A stretch of DNA of 64,000 bases, from assembly GCA_951406725.2 (NCBI GenBank), contig OX597820.1, positions 992,001 through 1,056,000 of the forward strand, given 5' to 3'. Below the pieces are notes generated by a model, which saw only the letters and a list, made by a program, of their open reading frames with translations, made no database searches and was not told where the DNA came from. This DNA comes from Octopus vulgaris (Eukaryota). Position numbers and translations under genes: made by a program. Shown piece after piece: positions 26,764 to 39,710 of the stretch (positions within the stretch are counted from its first letter, which is position 1; each line of letters opens with the position of its first letter).

Positions 26764-26833
26764 AAGAACCATTTAACAGAACATCATATTGATTCCTCTA
26801 TTCTGCCGTCAGTCTCACCTCACTCATTTCTTG
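26764..26833 (+). CDS. Candidate internal coding exon (70 nt, phase 0 to 1): KNHLTEHHIDSSILPSVSPHSFL; protein not recognised
   Basis: Branch-like tttaat, acceptor gtttctttctctccacag, donor TTG|GTAAGC. Only one frame is open. Lies in non-repeat sequence and is in phase with 52198-52238. Confidence 0.55.
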
Positions 26834-27313
26834 GTAAGCATGTCACACGGATTCTATCTATTGTATTTTTTGGTTCTAAAGAACTTGGCACCGATTTCTT
26901 TCAATCTTTGGTTTCAACAGAAAACAGAGAAAAAATGTCAGTTCTACTAACTCAGTGCCTTTCATTTATTATTCTTCAATCTTTCTAGAATCACCTTGTC
27001 TGTTTCTTCTTCATCATCTTTTTCGTCATCTTCTTTGTTGTCTTCATCTTCTTGAGCAAAACAGTATATGGGGAGAAAAAGACAAGGATCACATTCAAAG
27101 ACTTTGGTGCTTGAGTAGATTCTTAATTTGTTACCATTGTGGCATAATATGGACAGATTTGAGCATTGAAATCCCCACCCCCCACCAAAGCATATGGTTA
27201 GGTGAGGCTCTGATTGTATAGCCATCTAGAAAAAAGAAAAAAACAGTATATAAACTATTTTAAATCTATTCTGTACTAAATTTCATAAGATCTCAAGAAG
27301 TTTCAAAATTTGT

Positions 27314-27692
27314 CCATCAGTCTGTGACCATCGGTTTGTGTCCATAAGTCTATGACCATCAGTCTGCAACCATCAGTTTGTGTCCATCAGTCTATGACCA
27401 TCGGTTTGTGTCCATCAGTCTGTGTCTGTCAGTTTGTGTCCATCAGTTTGTGTCCATCGGTCTGTGACCTTCGGTTTGTGTCCATAAGTCTATGACCATC
27501 AGTCTGTGACCATCAGTCTGTGTCCCTCAGTCTGTGTCCATTAGTTTGTGTCCATCAGTCTGTGACCATCGGTTTGTGTCCCTCAGTCTGTGTCCCTCAG
27601 TCTGTGTCCATTAGTTTGTGACCATCGGTTTGTGTCCATAAGTCTATGACAATCTGTTTGTGACCATCAGTCTGTGTCCCTCAGTCTGTGAC
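27314..27692. repeat. 14-bp minisatellite, consensus ccatcagt(c/t)tgtg(a/t), about 27 units
   Basis: Directly visible, with alternating variant units. Confidence 0.9.
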
Positions 27693-28939
27693 CTCTACAT
27701 TTTCACCTCATTGTCTTTCTCATTACATCCATTTATTAACATTATTTCTGCATCAGACATGTCATATCACCCACTTCTATGCTGTTTAAGTGTTGGTCTA
27801 GCGCAGAACCCATCTCTCGGCCTGCTTTCAACGTCTCACCAACTATCCCTAATGACCCTAATTGTTTTCCTTGTATTTATCTCATTAATTACCTCACCAA
27901 CCATGCTTCAGCTAACTTCAGTCGTTGGCAGCTCCCCAACCCACCCCTGGCTGCTTTGTTTCCCCCCCCCCCCAAATCCCGTAGATTTTACTGTCCCACT
28001 CTCATTCCAAATTCAACAATTCCGTACATCGTAACATTTCCTTATTTCTCTCCTAAATGGCTGCTGCTTTCAACCCCCTTTCTTCTGTTACCTTATTTCT
28101 TATATGAACACTCTTCTTTCCCATTTAAAATCCTTTATGTCTGTCATTCTTAGGGTGCAAAACATTAAAAATGTTCTCACTCTCAAATCCCTTCCTGACT
28201 AATTAAACATATATCTTAATCGGAGGGAACTGGTAACGAGTCCCTTTATACATCTTAATGTTTCCTGCCCACCTTTCTGATTCCCCCCACCCGCGTCTTG
28301 TCCTTTCCTTCTTTCAGGCAGTTCGTTTGGCTCCTTCACTTCATTCCACTCTGGTTATCTCTCCACTTATCCATTCCTATCTAAATTGGCATCATCCAGT
28401 GCCAAATTGGAGGGAAATGTTTTGTCTGACAACGGAAGACGAAGGGTTTCCTTTTTGGTTTTTCTTTTCTTCTAATTTCCCCCGCTTCCTGCTCTGGCAT
28501 CTCAACTATTTCACCAAACCACACTTACCTATGGCACAATGTGCCAACACAGACAAAGACAGAATTAAATCAGGAAAGATAAACACCATAACTATATCAA
28601 TTTAAACATAATCGTACACTCTTAGTCGAAATTATATTTAGTGTGTTCTACTAACACACTTCTCTCCTATATCTGCCACTTTCTCTCTCTCTCTCAAATT
28701 TTCTGGTCCACTTGTAAATATTGTATATAATGTAAATTAAACATATGGCTGTTATTTTATGAAGGATATACAAGTTTACCTTGCACATTACGTTCAGTAA
28801 ACCTTGTGACAGCACTCAGCTACTCTGCCTGCTTCTCTCTATCTATCTATCTCTTCGCGCGCACACACACACACACACAATCGCACATAAAAGAATGCCT
28901 GGCTTTGTTCTACTTAATAGTGAGCAAGAGTTCCAGTGA

Positions 28940-29077
28940 CACACACACACACTCCATATATACATACACATATATATGTATATGTATGTATATATTTATA
29001 TGTATATATACACACATAAAGTGTGTGTGTGTGTGTATGTATTTATGTCTGTATATGTGTATATATATATATGTATG

Positions 29078-29160
<83 letters not shown>

Positions 29161-29203
29161 ATATATATGTATATATATATATATGTATGTATGTATGTAT
29201 TAT

Positions 29204-29234
<31 letters not shown>

Positions 29235-29256
29235 ATATATATGTATGTATGTATGT

Positions 29257-29287
<31 letters not shown>

Positions 29288-29433
29288 GTATTATATATAT
29301 ATATGTATATATATATATGTATGTATATATATATATATTTTTTTTTTATATGTATATATATATACATATATATATACATACATATATATATATGTATGTA
29401 TGTATGTATATATATATATGTATGTATGTATAT
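28940..29433. repeat. (TA)n/(TATG)n microsatellite block
   Basis: Directly visible. Similar blocks at 37323-37838, 45617-45958 and 54920-55250. Confidence 0.95.
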
Positions 29434-29883
29434 AAGATTTAAAAGGGCAGTGACAATGAAAATGGATATCAGTAAAGATATTTTGTGTTTCTGACACTTC
29501 TTGGGAATGTCAGGTATGTTGTTGTAAGTTAATCAAGTGTTGGCTATCACTAGAGCAGCAGGTGGCTGTGGGAGATGATTGTGATGATGATGATGACAAT
29601 GATGATGATGATGATGGCGGCATCTGAATGATAATTCCCTCTTTACTTAGAGAAAGAAATAGATAGATACATACAGAGATGGATAGACAGACAGGTAGGG
29701 AGCTACGTGGACGGATAAGGATCCAGGTATATCCTTCAGCTGACAAAGAAATAGAGTCTGTGGTGGCAAGCATGATTCTTCAAAGTTCAGCTGACTTCAA
29801 AAGTAGGAACAGTGAACACAGCATAATGAGAAGATGCGTGTATAAGTGCATAGGTGTATTGCATGTGTCTGCATTTGTTTGTG

Positions 29884-29920
<37 letters not shown>

Positions 29921-30073
29921 ACGCGCAGAGAACAGCTCTTCTTTCAACCATGTTTGCAGCACCTTATATGAAAGTATAGAGCAGGCGTAAACTCAATAGG
30001 GAAACCTTAGTTGACAGCACTTCCACCCTACGCAGATGTCTCAATTACTTTCATTCTGAATTATCTCTTTTAA

Positions 30074-30297
30074 CCATTCTGTTACCATTATTTCTGTTGA
30101 GATGTTGTGAGTTTCTTTCAATTAATTTTAAATAGAACAAAGAATTTAGTAAAATAACTTAAATTATCATTAAACTAATGTTAGGAACATAAATTATGAC
30201 TAAGGTTTGGTGGAAGATTTTGATGCAGAACTTTTGAAAACAAGACATTTGTACTACAGAGGCAGAGGTGCTTTCAGCCAGGTTGGTATCGAAAGGG
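30074..30297. mobile_element. piggyBac-like MITE
   Basis: ttaa|ccattc...gaaaggg|ttaa, with TTAA on both sides. Confidence 0.75.
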
Positions 30298-31941
30298 TTA
30301 ACTGTGTCCTTAACTGACACAATCCAAGTCTCCAGAAATTCTGGATTTTCTTTTCATCTCCAATCCTATCATTTGGCCGACCAGCACAATATCTCCCCCA
30401 TTGAATTGGAGGATTACTTCATCCACCTCATTATCATCCTCATCATCATTGTTGTCATCATGTTAATGCTCACTTTTCCATGCTTGCATGGGTCAGAGGG
30501 TATTTATTGAGGTACATTTTCTACAGCTGGATACCTTTCCAGTCACCAACCCTCACCTGTTTCCAAGTAAGGTAATATCCCCCCCTCCTCCATGGTTGGA
30601 CATGTTTTTGCAGAATTTTGAAATGAACGACACTGCTTGTATGATGGTGATACTTATTTACAACCATCACGTAATGTCAAGACAAGTAGATATAAACACA
30701 CACACACACACAGTGGTTGTCTACTCCTTCTGCAGAGCCTGACCATCTCTTGTACCTAAACCTTAGATCCATCCTGGCGTCTGATGTGGCTTTTTAAACC
30801 AGACAATGTATTGGAAAGACCCCCACATAGATTGCAGATCCGGTTTGGACCGCCAAGAGCTGCAGTGAAGTTCTGATCTTTGTGGATTTTAGAATGTCTT
30901 TTGAGGCCTCCCTTAGATTTGCAAGCTTTCTAGCATACACGGCATTGAAAGGTGTTGAAAAGAAATTTTGTTGTGTCTAAGGAGAGTCAATATAATTAAC
31001 AAACTAACCAATATAATTAACACACGCTGTAGAAACTCTGCCAGATCAAGATTGGAGCCTGGTGCGGCCGTCTGGTTCACCAACCCTCAGTCAAAATCGT
31101 CCAACCCATGCTAGCATGGAAAGCGGACGTTAAACAATGATGATGATGATGATGATGACACACTGACTCAATTCCACTCCTTTATTCTTAGTCAAATGGT
31201 TAAATATCCAGTTAACTAATCAATTGTTTGTTTAATTTGATGAAACAGTTTTTGGTTGTCAAAAGTTCTTTCATTGCAACTTGCAAGTCTCCCTCTATCA
31301 ATTCCATTCACAAGGCTTTGGTTGATGCAGGACCATAGTAAGAAGACACTTTCCTAAGGTATCATGCAGTGGAACTGAACCCAGAACCATGTGGCTGGGA
31401 AGCAAACTTCTTAACCACACAACCATGTGTGCACCTGTACAATGCAATATAACTTATATTTAATAAAACTACTGTACATTATTTACATTTGACGGATAAA
31501 TACAGAACAACACCTATACAGTCCTCTTCCAGTGTCTCTGGTATTTGATGTCAGTTTTCTAAAGGAAGATCTACCTGGGTTTAGTCCCCCTCTGCTGGGT
31601 GGAAGCCCTTCAGTTGAAGGGGGCCTTATGAGTATTTGGCGAGTTCACCAGTGTTAACACCATGAAAAAAGTGCCCCAGTTCACTCTGTGAAATGATTAG
31701 TGTTTGGGAAGGGCATCCAGCAGTAGAAACCCTGTGAAAGCAGACACTAGAGCTTGGCCCAGCCCTTTGACTCTTTGGATCCTGTCAAACCATCCAACCC
31801 ATGCCAGCATGGAAAAGGGACAGTGAATGATGCTGATGTCTCTGTATTTGTACCCACTCTACCACCATTTGACAAACGGTATTGGTTTGTTTACATCCCT
31901 ATAACATAGTGGTTTGACAAAAAACATCCAATTGAATAAAT

Positions 31942-32520
31942 CTCATCATCTCATCTAAGTCTTCCCATAGGACGCTCCTATTCATGGGGTTTCGGTTGTG
32001 CATGCTATAGGAGTCACAGGGTACTGCTCCACGTGATCCCGCAGTTTCCATCTAACTAGGAATATTAGGGTCTCATTGGTTGTCTTGTATTCAAGGTTCT
32101 CTGGATGACATCCTGCTAGTTCAAAGCCAGGAATCTGATCTGTTAGGTCCTGCCAAAAACTAAATCCATGCCCTGCTGCCGACGTTTTGATTTGTTGCCG
32201 TTAAGGTTTTGTCTGTCTCCTACCCTTCGACCTGTCTGGCCTGGTAAGACCTGCCTGAATATTTCTCTCCCTCCAGCAGAGCTCTCTGGGTCATTGGAGC
32301 ACACAGGCACTTCATTGCAACAAGGTACTTGTTGAATTGGCCGTTGACTACACGGTAGTTCTGTCAGGTCGCTATTGAGTGCTACTGGTAACATGTAACC
32401 CAGTACAACCTGTTGCATGATCAGGTCATCAGCGACTAAACTGGCAACCCCATCAAGCTTGCTTGGTGAGCAGGGTGATTGTCGGACACCCTGCGGAACG
32501 GAAAATAACACCCGTCAAAG
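31942..32520 (-). mobile_element. Bipartite non-autonomous RTE-derived retroposon (5'UTR plus 3' end) inserted in a family A SINE
   Basis: Perfect 12-bp TSD aattgaataaat (31930-31941 and 32521-32532). RTE 5'UTR-like block gacccagagagctctgctgg...ccagacaggtcgaagggtaggagacagac. gatgagatgatgaga tail. Confidence 0.75.
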
Positions 32521-33149
32521 AATTGAATAAATAAGACATCTAATAGAAAAAAAAGAACATTAAGTTCTGTGGTCAATTTAACTAAAGCCCTTCAAGGTGG
32601 TACCCCAGCATGGCCACAGTTGGAACCAATTTTCCATTATTCTGCCAAATGGATTGATATAGAAATGTATGAACACCACACATTCCTATTCTTTCTTGCC
32701 ACTGATGGCGTTTATGCGATTCGTCACCATCTTGTAAGAGACTCTCTCCTAAAAAGACAAACAAACAAAAAAACACAAACTGCTGCTGCTGCTGCTGCTG
32801 TTGTGTATCTGTATACATTGATTCTATCACCCACATTATTATAATCATCCCCCCCCCCCCGGGTGGCATGTCTGTCATCAACACTGCCATTGTCATCACT
32901 ACCATTGCTACCAATGAATATTTGGCATGAGCAGAAATGCCACCACCATTCTCATAGTCACCAATAGTAACACTACGAGGTAGTAGCAGCAGCAGCAGCA
33001 GCAGCAGCAGCGTTACTGTTGTGTCCTTCATCAATAATTCTACCATTCTGGCCGTTGTCACCAACAACGTTGACACCCCCCCCCCCCCGTAATCATCGAC
33101 AGCAGCATCACCATTGCTAATAATAAAGATATCGTTATGTATACCATTA

Positions 33150-33755
33150 ACATCACCATCAATGTGGTGACTTGATCAACTAGAAATAGCAGACAATTCA
33201 CCATCAAATCACTATCGAAGCCAGCCAGCACTATGAGTAACTGGTTGCTTCAATGTGGTTGCCTCGCCAGCTAGAAATAGCAGCCAAACCGCCATCATAA
33301 TTAGCCAGCACTGTAAATAACTGGTTGCTTCAATGTGGTCAATCAACCGAGAAATAGCAGCCAAATCATCCTCAAATGATACCTCCTTCCACTGTTTTTC
33401 CTTTAAAATAGGAAGGATACACAAAGTAGTCTTAGATAACTCGAGAAGAGTTGTAATGGTTAAAGCTGGTGGATCATAGACCTGCTTGATCAGGGATGAC
33501 CTAGGGCTAAACAAAAACGATACTGAACAACAAGATACCAAGCTGTATCTAATGTAGTTACTGCACCCGCTAGAAATAACAGCTCAATATCCCTCAAATC
33601 TTACTTTATTGTCTTGAGAAAAGAAAGGAAGATATTGGATGATGTAGTCCAAGGTATATTTCTACTATGAATGTGTTGATGGTCATGGTGAGAATGTCTT
33701 ATGATCATAGGTTTGTTCAGTCAAGTCCGGCCTGGGGTTAAACAACAACAACAAC
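33150..33755 (+). mobile_element. Cluster of old SINE family E tails, with a local duplication of about 80 bp
   Basis: Recurrent ctagaaatagcagccaaa...gatcatag...ctggggctaaacaacaac. Also at about 15475, 41870 (-), 42580 (-), 49160 and 58940. Confidence 0.6.
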
Positions 33756-35029
33756 AGGAGCAACAATGTAAGTCCACTCTCCACCATCTTTAAAGCACTC
33801 GCTAACACAACCACTACTGACATGAAACTACTCATCACCACCATCATCTGCATCATCATCATCATCGTCATCATTATAGTCATCATCATCATCATTACCA
33901 TCCTCACCATTACCACCACCATCATCATCATCGTCATCATTAATGTCATCAACCATCATCACAGTCATCATCACCATCGTCGTCATCGTTGTCATCAAAA
34001 TAAACATCATCATCATCATCGTGAATATCGACACAATCGACCATCATCAGCATCATCATCAGCATCATCAACAACATCATCAGCATCAGCATCATCGTCA
34101 TCAGTTGGAATGTTTGCAGTGAGGTATGGAGGTCAGAAGGAAGCAGTTCGCTGGATCGAACAAGTAGTTTGCCGAATGGAATATTTGAAGCCAGCAGCAC
34201 AGGAGAGGAGGATTGAGTGCGGAGAGAGGGAGAGTGGGAGAGAGGGAGAGAGTGGGAGAGGGCGAGGTGGGGGGGGAGTGGATGGTAGTAGCAGAGCATA
34301 AAGAAAAAAAGGAAAGAATTAAGAGAGATTAAGAGAGAAATATGAGGGAGGGAGGGAGTAAAAATGGTGTGGTGGTGGTGGTGGTGGGGGGGGGGAAAGA
34401 ATGATTAAGAAAGGAAATATTTTGGAAGAATAAGTGATGAGGAGAGAGGGAGGGAGGGAAATGGAGAAGTGAAGGAAAGAGAGAATGAGAGAGGGAGAGA
34501 GAAGGAAAGTGTTAGGGGGAAAGTGAGAGAGAGAGGGGGAGAAAGAAAACTAAAAAGCTAGAGAGAGAAAGAGAAAGTGAGAAAGACAAGAATGAGTGAG
34601 AGGGAAGGAGGGAAATATCAGCAGAGAGAGAGAGAAATGGAGAGCAATTGTGATGGAGAGAGAAAGGGAGATGCGTTTGTTGCAGAAGGAGAGATAGAAA
34701 AGTTGCATTCAAGTGCATACACATCTGCACAACCTAGCAGCAGTGACGGCTGGTTAAATAGCAGCACTGGAGGAAGAAGAAGAAGAAGAAAGAAGAAAGA
34801 AGCAGCGGCTTCGGCTGCCATTATCTGTTTGGTTCTCAGAGAGAGAGAGAGAGGGAGGGAGGGAGGGAGGGAGAGGCTGTGAGAATGATGACACTAGACA
34901 TAACAGCAAGGAGGAAGTCAACTATGCAGTTGCATGAAGATGTGAAGAATGTGATGAGGTCGAAAGAGGCTGAGTTATGGGCTATTGTTGTCTGTTTGGT
35001 TGTTGGGGGCACAAGACAGGAAACAAGAG

Positions 35030-35096
<67 letters not shown>

Positions 35097-35219
35097 TGAT
35101 AATATTATTGTCGTAGCTCGTGTTTCACTCCTTGTTCTGTTTGTCTCGTATTAATGGCTTTTATGAGGTTTGTTTTATTCGATGAGCCTTCATCGTTTAT
35201 TCCTCTCTCTCTGTGTGAG

Positions 35220-35590
35220 TATCATCACCCGTCATTTCACATTTAGCTTTCCATGTTGGCATGGGTTGGACGGTTTGACTGGAAACTTGTAAGCCAGGTG
35301 GCTGCATCAGGTTCCAATCTGTTTTGGCAAGGTTTCTATGGCTGGGTGCCCTTCCTGATGCCAACCACTTCGAGGGTGTAGTGGGTGCTTTTTACATGCC
35401 ACTGGCACAGGTGCCATTGACCTAACACTGGCATCGGCCACGGTATCACTTGGCTTGACAGGTCAACACGAGCACAGTATATTGCCAAAGGTCTTGGTCA
35501 CTGCCACCATGAGACCCAACAGTCAGGTGGTGCTTTTTACATGCAACCGCTATGAGTGCCAGTCAGATGGCACTGGCATTGGCCACGACT
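35220..35590 (-). mobile_element. Family C retroposon
   Basis: Reverse complement of the family C block. Confidence 0.75.
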
Positions 35591-36134
35591 ATGTATGTAT
35601 ATGTGTGTGAGTATGTTTATATATGTGTGTGTGTATATATCTTTATATATGTGTGTCTATATATGTGTATGTCCTTGTACATACATACATACATTATATA
35701 TATATAATGCGTATGTATGTGTGCATATAAGTGATGTATCTATGTGCACATATGGATACTTTGATACTTTGATAGGCTTCGGCCAGCATTGACCCTGGCC
35801 ATGTCTAACTTAATAGCACCACCTGGCAGAGCCATTCATATCAGGAATCAGACACCATTGCCAACTCGAGTTGAGAGCTTTTGTTTATGCAGACATATCT
35901 GCGTGTAGGAAATTTATCCGGGATTTCTTGAAGGAATTATATCTATATTTGTGTGTGTATGTATATATATATATATTTGAGAGAAAGATATGCATGTGCG
36001 TATATGTATTACATATATGTGTGTGTGTGTGTGTATATATAATTATAAATAACTTATTTTACAATCTGTTCACCTAACTTGGGATTTGCACTTTGGAAAT
36101 ACTATAGAAAGTACTTTTATAAAAATATATGTAT

Positions 36135-36223
<89 letters not shown>

Positions 36224-36280
36224 CATATAAGTTGATGGACATATAGCGGTACGTAAAACCGAATCAGAAAATCTCTAGCG

Positions 36281-36349
36281 AGACTTTTTATTGATGTACC
36301 TGAAGAGACCCAGAACAGGTAGAAACATGTGTTGTACCCAATAAAGTCT
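36281..36349 (+). ncRNA. Minimal type I hammerhead-ribozyme-like motif (Penelope-type), one stem II mismatch
   Basis: Stem I agacttt..tattg..gtac / gtac.caataaagtct; core CTGAAGA; stem II gacc/ggta; GAAAC-atgt-GTT cleavage triplet. Confidence 0.55.
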
Positions 36350-36833
36350 ATTACACATTCCATCTCCTATTTTATTAATACTGTTACCCCAACCTCCACT
36401 TCGAAGTCCCTGCAATAAATCTATGGATAACAACAGGGAATCGAAACTGTACCGGCGCTTTACTCATCATCCATTTATACATTTCGTGCAATTTCTCCAT
36501 TATATATATATATATATATATATATATACTGAGGCTGAAAGGAAGAGAAGGTAAAAGAGAGCAAGGGGTGCGCTGGAGGTGGAGAGAGAGAAAAAGGGAG
36601 AAAGAGGGGGAGGGAGAGAGAGAATAAAAGTGACCAGGAGAGGGAGGAAGAAAGCAAGGCTGAACATGTTGGCTTTGTATACATTTGCATGTCAGTGCAT
36701 GTTGGTGCCCACATGTATGCATACGCCATGCGTAGCCACATGTTTTTTTACCATGAAATTGTTTACCTCTGTATTCAATGAGAACATGCAAGCTATTAGC
36801 TCACGGTCCACTATCTGTATATAAGCATGGTCC

Positions 36834-36877
<44 letters not shown>

Positions 36878-37102
36878 CTTTTACTCGTTGGACAGGAGCC
36901 ATGCTGGAGCACTGCTTTGAATAGTTTTCATCAAACAAATTGATTCCAGTACTTATTTTAAAGTCTGGTGCTTATTCTATTCATATCTTTTGTTGAACCA
37001 CTCAGTTACAGGGACATAAACAAACCAACGCCAGTTGTTTAGTAGTGATGGTGGAACAAGCACACACACACACACACACACACACATGTGCACATATGTA
37101 TG

Positions 37103-37320
37103 CAAGGGGGGTGCTGAAAAGTTGGTAGCTTTAAAAGTATCGCAAAACGCCTGGCTGGAGGCCCAGCGTTCTGAGTTCTTTTACAGGGCTTAGGAAAAAC
37201 TGAAGGGCCACTGCAATAAGTATGTGAATCTGAGAGGGGAATAGGGTCAGTAAAATCATAATTAACTGATCCTCCTCTATTTTCTTTTACCTAAAACCCA
37301 AAACTTTTCAGCACCACCCT

Positions 37321-37322
<2 letters not shown>
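37103..37322 (+). mobile_element. mariner-derived MITE
   Basis: TIR gtgctgaaaagtt / aacttttcagcac. Retains remnant mariner C-terminal codons (CNK.VNLRG). Confidence 0.8.
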
Positions 37323-37393
<71 letters not shown>

Positions 37394-37488
37394 GTATATG
37401 TATATATATATGTATATCATCATCATCATCATCATGTTAAACGATGATGATGATGATGATGATATATATATATATATGTATATGTATA

Positions 37489-37541
<53 letters not shown>

Positions 37542-37790
37542 GTATGTATATATATATATATATATGTATGTATATATATATATATATATATGTATATGTA
37601 TATATATATGTATATGTATATATATATGTATATGTATATATATGTATATGTATATATATATATATGTATATGTATATATATATGTATATGTATATATATA
37701 TATATGTATATATATATGTATATGTATATATATATATGTATATGTATATATATATATGTATATGTATATATATGTATATGTATATATATA

Positions 37791-37843
<53 letters not shown>

Positions 37844-38129
37844 TAATAATTACGGAGATGTACTCGCATAGCAAGTGATTTGATCTGAGATCGTGTGCTG
37901 GAACGAAAACAATTGCACGCTGCACTAATAATAATAAAAGAGTAAAATTAATTACTTCATTAATCAATTAATTGATTAATAATTAATAATTTTACCAAGT
38001 AGTTCGGTACGTTAATATAACCTTCTCTATTGTAGCAGAAAAAGCATTTTAACTCTTATTTCTAAATTCGGTGCATGGTGAAGCAATTAGCTGACCCCTG
38101 ATTATAATTATGTTTATAATTATTGAATA

Positions 38130-38162
<33 letters not shown>

Positions 38163-38166
<4 letters not shown>

Positions 38167-38367
38167 GTGGGTGCTGAGAAGTTCCTGGCTTTAGGAGTTT
38201 CACCAAAGGCCTGGTTGGAGTTCTTTTGCATAGTTTAGTCAAAACTGAAGGACCACTGCAATAAGTGTGTGAGTCTAAGAGGGGAATATGTTGAATAAAA
38301 TCCTAATTAACTGATCCTCTTTTTATTTTCTTTGACCCCAAACCAGGAACTTTTCAGCACCCTCTCA
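38163..38367 (+). mobile_element. mariner-derived MITE, second copy
   Basis: TIR gtgctgagaagttcctgg / ccaggaacttttcagcac. Confidence 0.8.
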
Positions 38368-38383
38368 TGAGTACACACACACA

Positions 38384-38448
<65 letters not shown>

Positions 38449-38449
38449 T

Positions 38450-38748
38450 AAAAAGCACCATCCACATGTGGCCGATGCCAGCACCACCTTGACTGGCTTC
38501 TGTGCCGGTGGCACATAAAAAACACTAACCGATCGTGGCCGTTGTCAGCCTCCCCTGGCACCTGTGCTGGTGGCACGTAAAAAGCACCCACTACACTCAC
38601 GGAGTGGTTGGTGTTAGGAAGGGCATCCAGCTGTAGAAACCTCGCCAGATCAGATTGGAGCCTGGTGCAGCCTCCTGGCTTCCCAGACCCCGGTCGACCC
38701 GTCCAACCCATGCTAGCATGGAAAATGAACGTTAAACGACGATGATGA
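38450..38748 (+). mobile_element. Family C retroposon
   Basis: aaaagcacc subrepeats followed by the family C 3' block. Confidence 0.8.
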
Positions 38749-38752
38749 TATA

Positions 38753-38935
38753 CGAGGCAAGGGCTGAAAAGTTCCCGGGTTTAAGTGTATTGTGAGAGCC
38801 TGGTTGGAGGCCCAAGCTTCTGAGTTCTTCTACAGGGCTTAGAAACATTGAAGGCCCGCTGCAATAAGTGTGTGAATCTGAGAGCGGAATATGTTAAATA
38901 AAATTATAATTAAAACTAATTAATTGACCCTCCTT
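38753..38935 (+). mobile_element. mariner-derived MITE, third copy, right TIR missing
   Basis: Starts ta|cgagg..gctgaaaagttccc and encodes LKARCNKCVNLRAEYVK*. Confidence 0.75.
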
Positions 38936-39506
38936 CCCATTAATTTCATGAGCCGGCTTTTCCTTGAAGCTGATCAACTGGAAACCCTTCTCCTTGTAGC
39001 TGACAGAATGACAGAATGCCAGATGTGAAGACATAATGCTATTGATAAGCTGTTTTCTGGGGTCAGTGGGCTCCCCAAAAATGAAAACAAAATACTCTCC
39101 CTTCCAACTCACCAATAAACCCTTCCTCTCCTTCCTATTTTAACTCTCCTTTTCCATCACAATCTTCTTCTCTATCAATCTTTCAACCTTGCCCTTTCTC
39201 ACCCCCTCCTCTCAAACTGATTCTCTTCCTCAAATACTCCTGTCCTGTGTTACTACAGAAACTTATTCATTACCATTTTCTGTTGTTCTTCACTGCATCC
39301 GTTCCACCCAAAGAGAACTTCGTCCAAAACTTCAAGGACTTTTCTCACAATAACATACAACTTTTCTCTTCACAAATAATGCCATTTTTTACTGGTGTAG
39401 ATCTCCAATGGTCTTTGTGAATGCGTCTCCATGTCTGTTGTAAGAGGTGACTATAAGAGTTGGTGACAGGAGAGGCATCCCAGTCGTAGAAAATCCATTG
39501 AACCAA

Positions 39507-39539
<33 letters not shown>

Positions 39540-39598
39540 GAGGTGGGACTGTTGGCTTTGAAGCAATTAGGTCATGTATGTGTGTGTGTGTGCATGTG

Positions 39599-39642
39599 AG
39601 ATAGATAGATAGACAGACAGACAGATAGACAGACAGATAGAC

Positions 39643-39710
<68 letters not shown>

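Noticed and set aside
27314-27692. CRISPR-like array
   Set aside because: No unique spacers; it is a eukaryotic tandem minisatellite.
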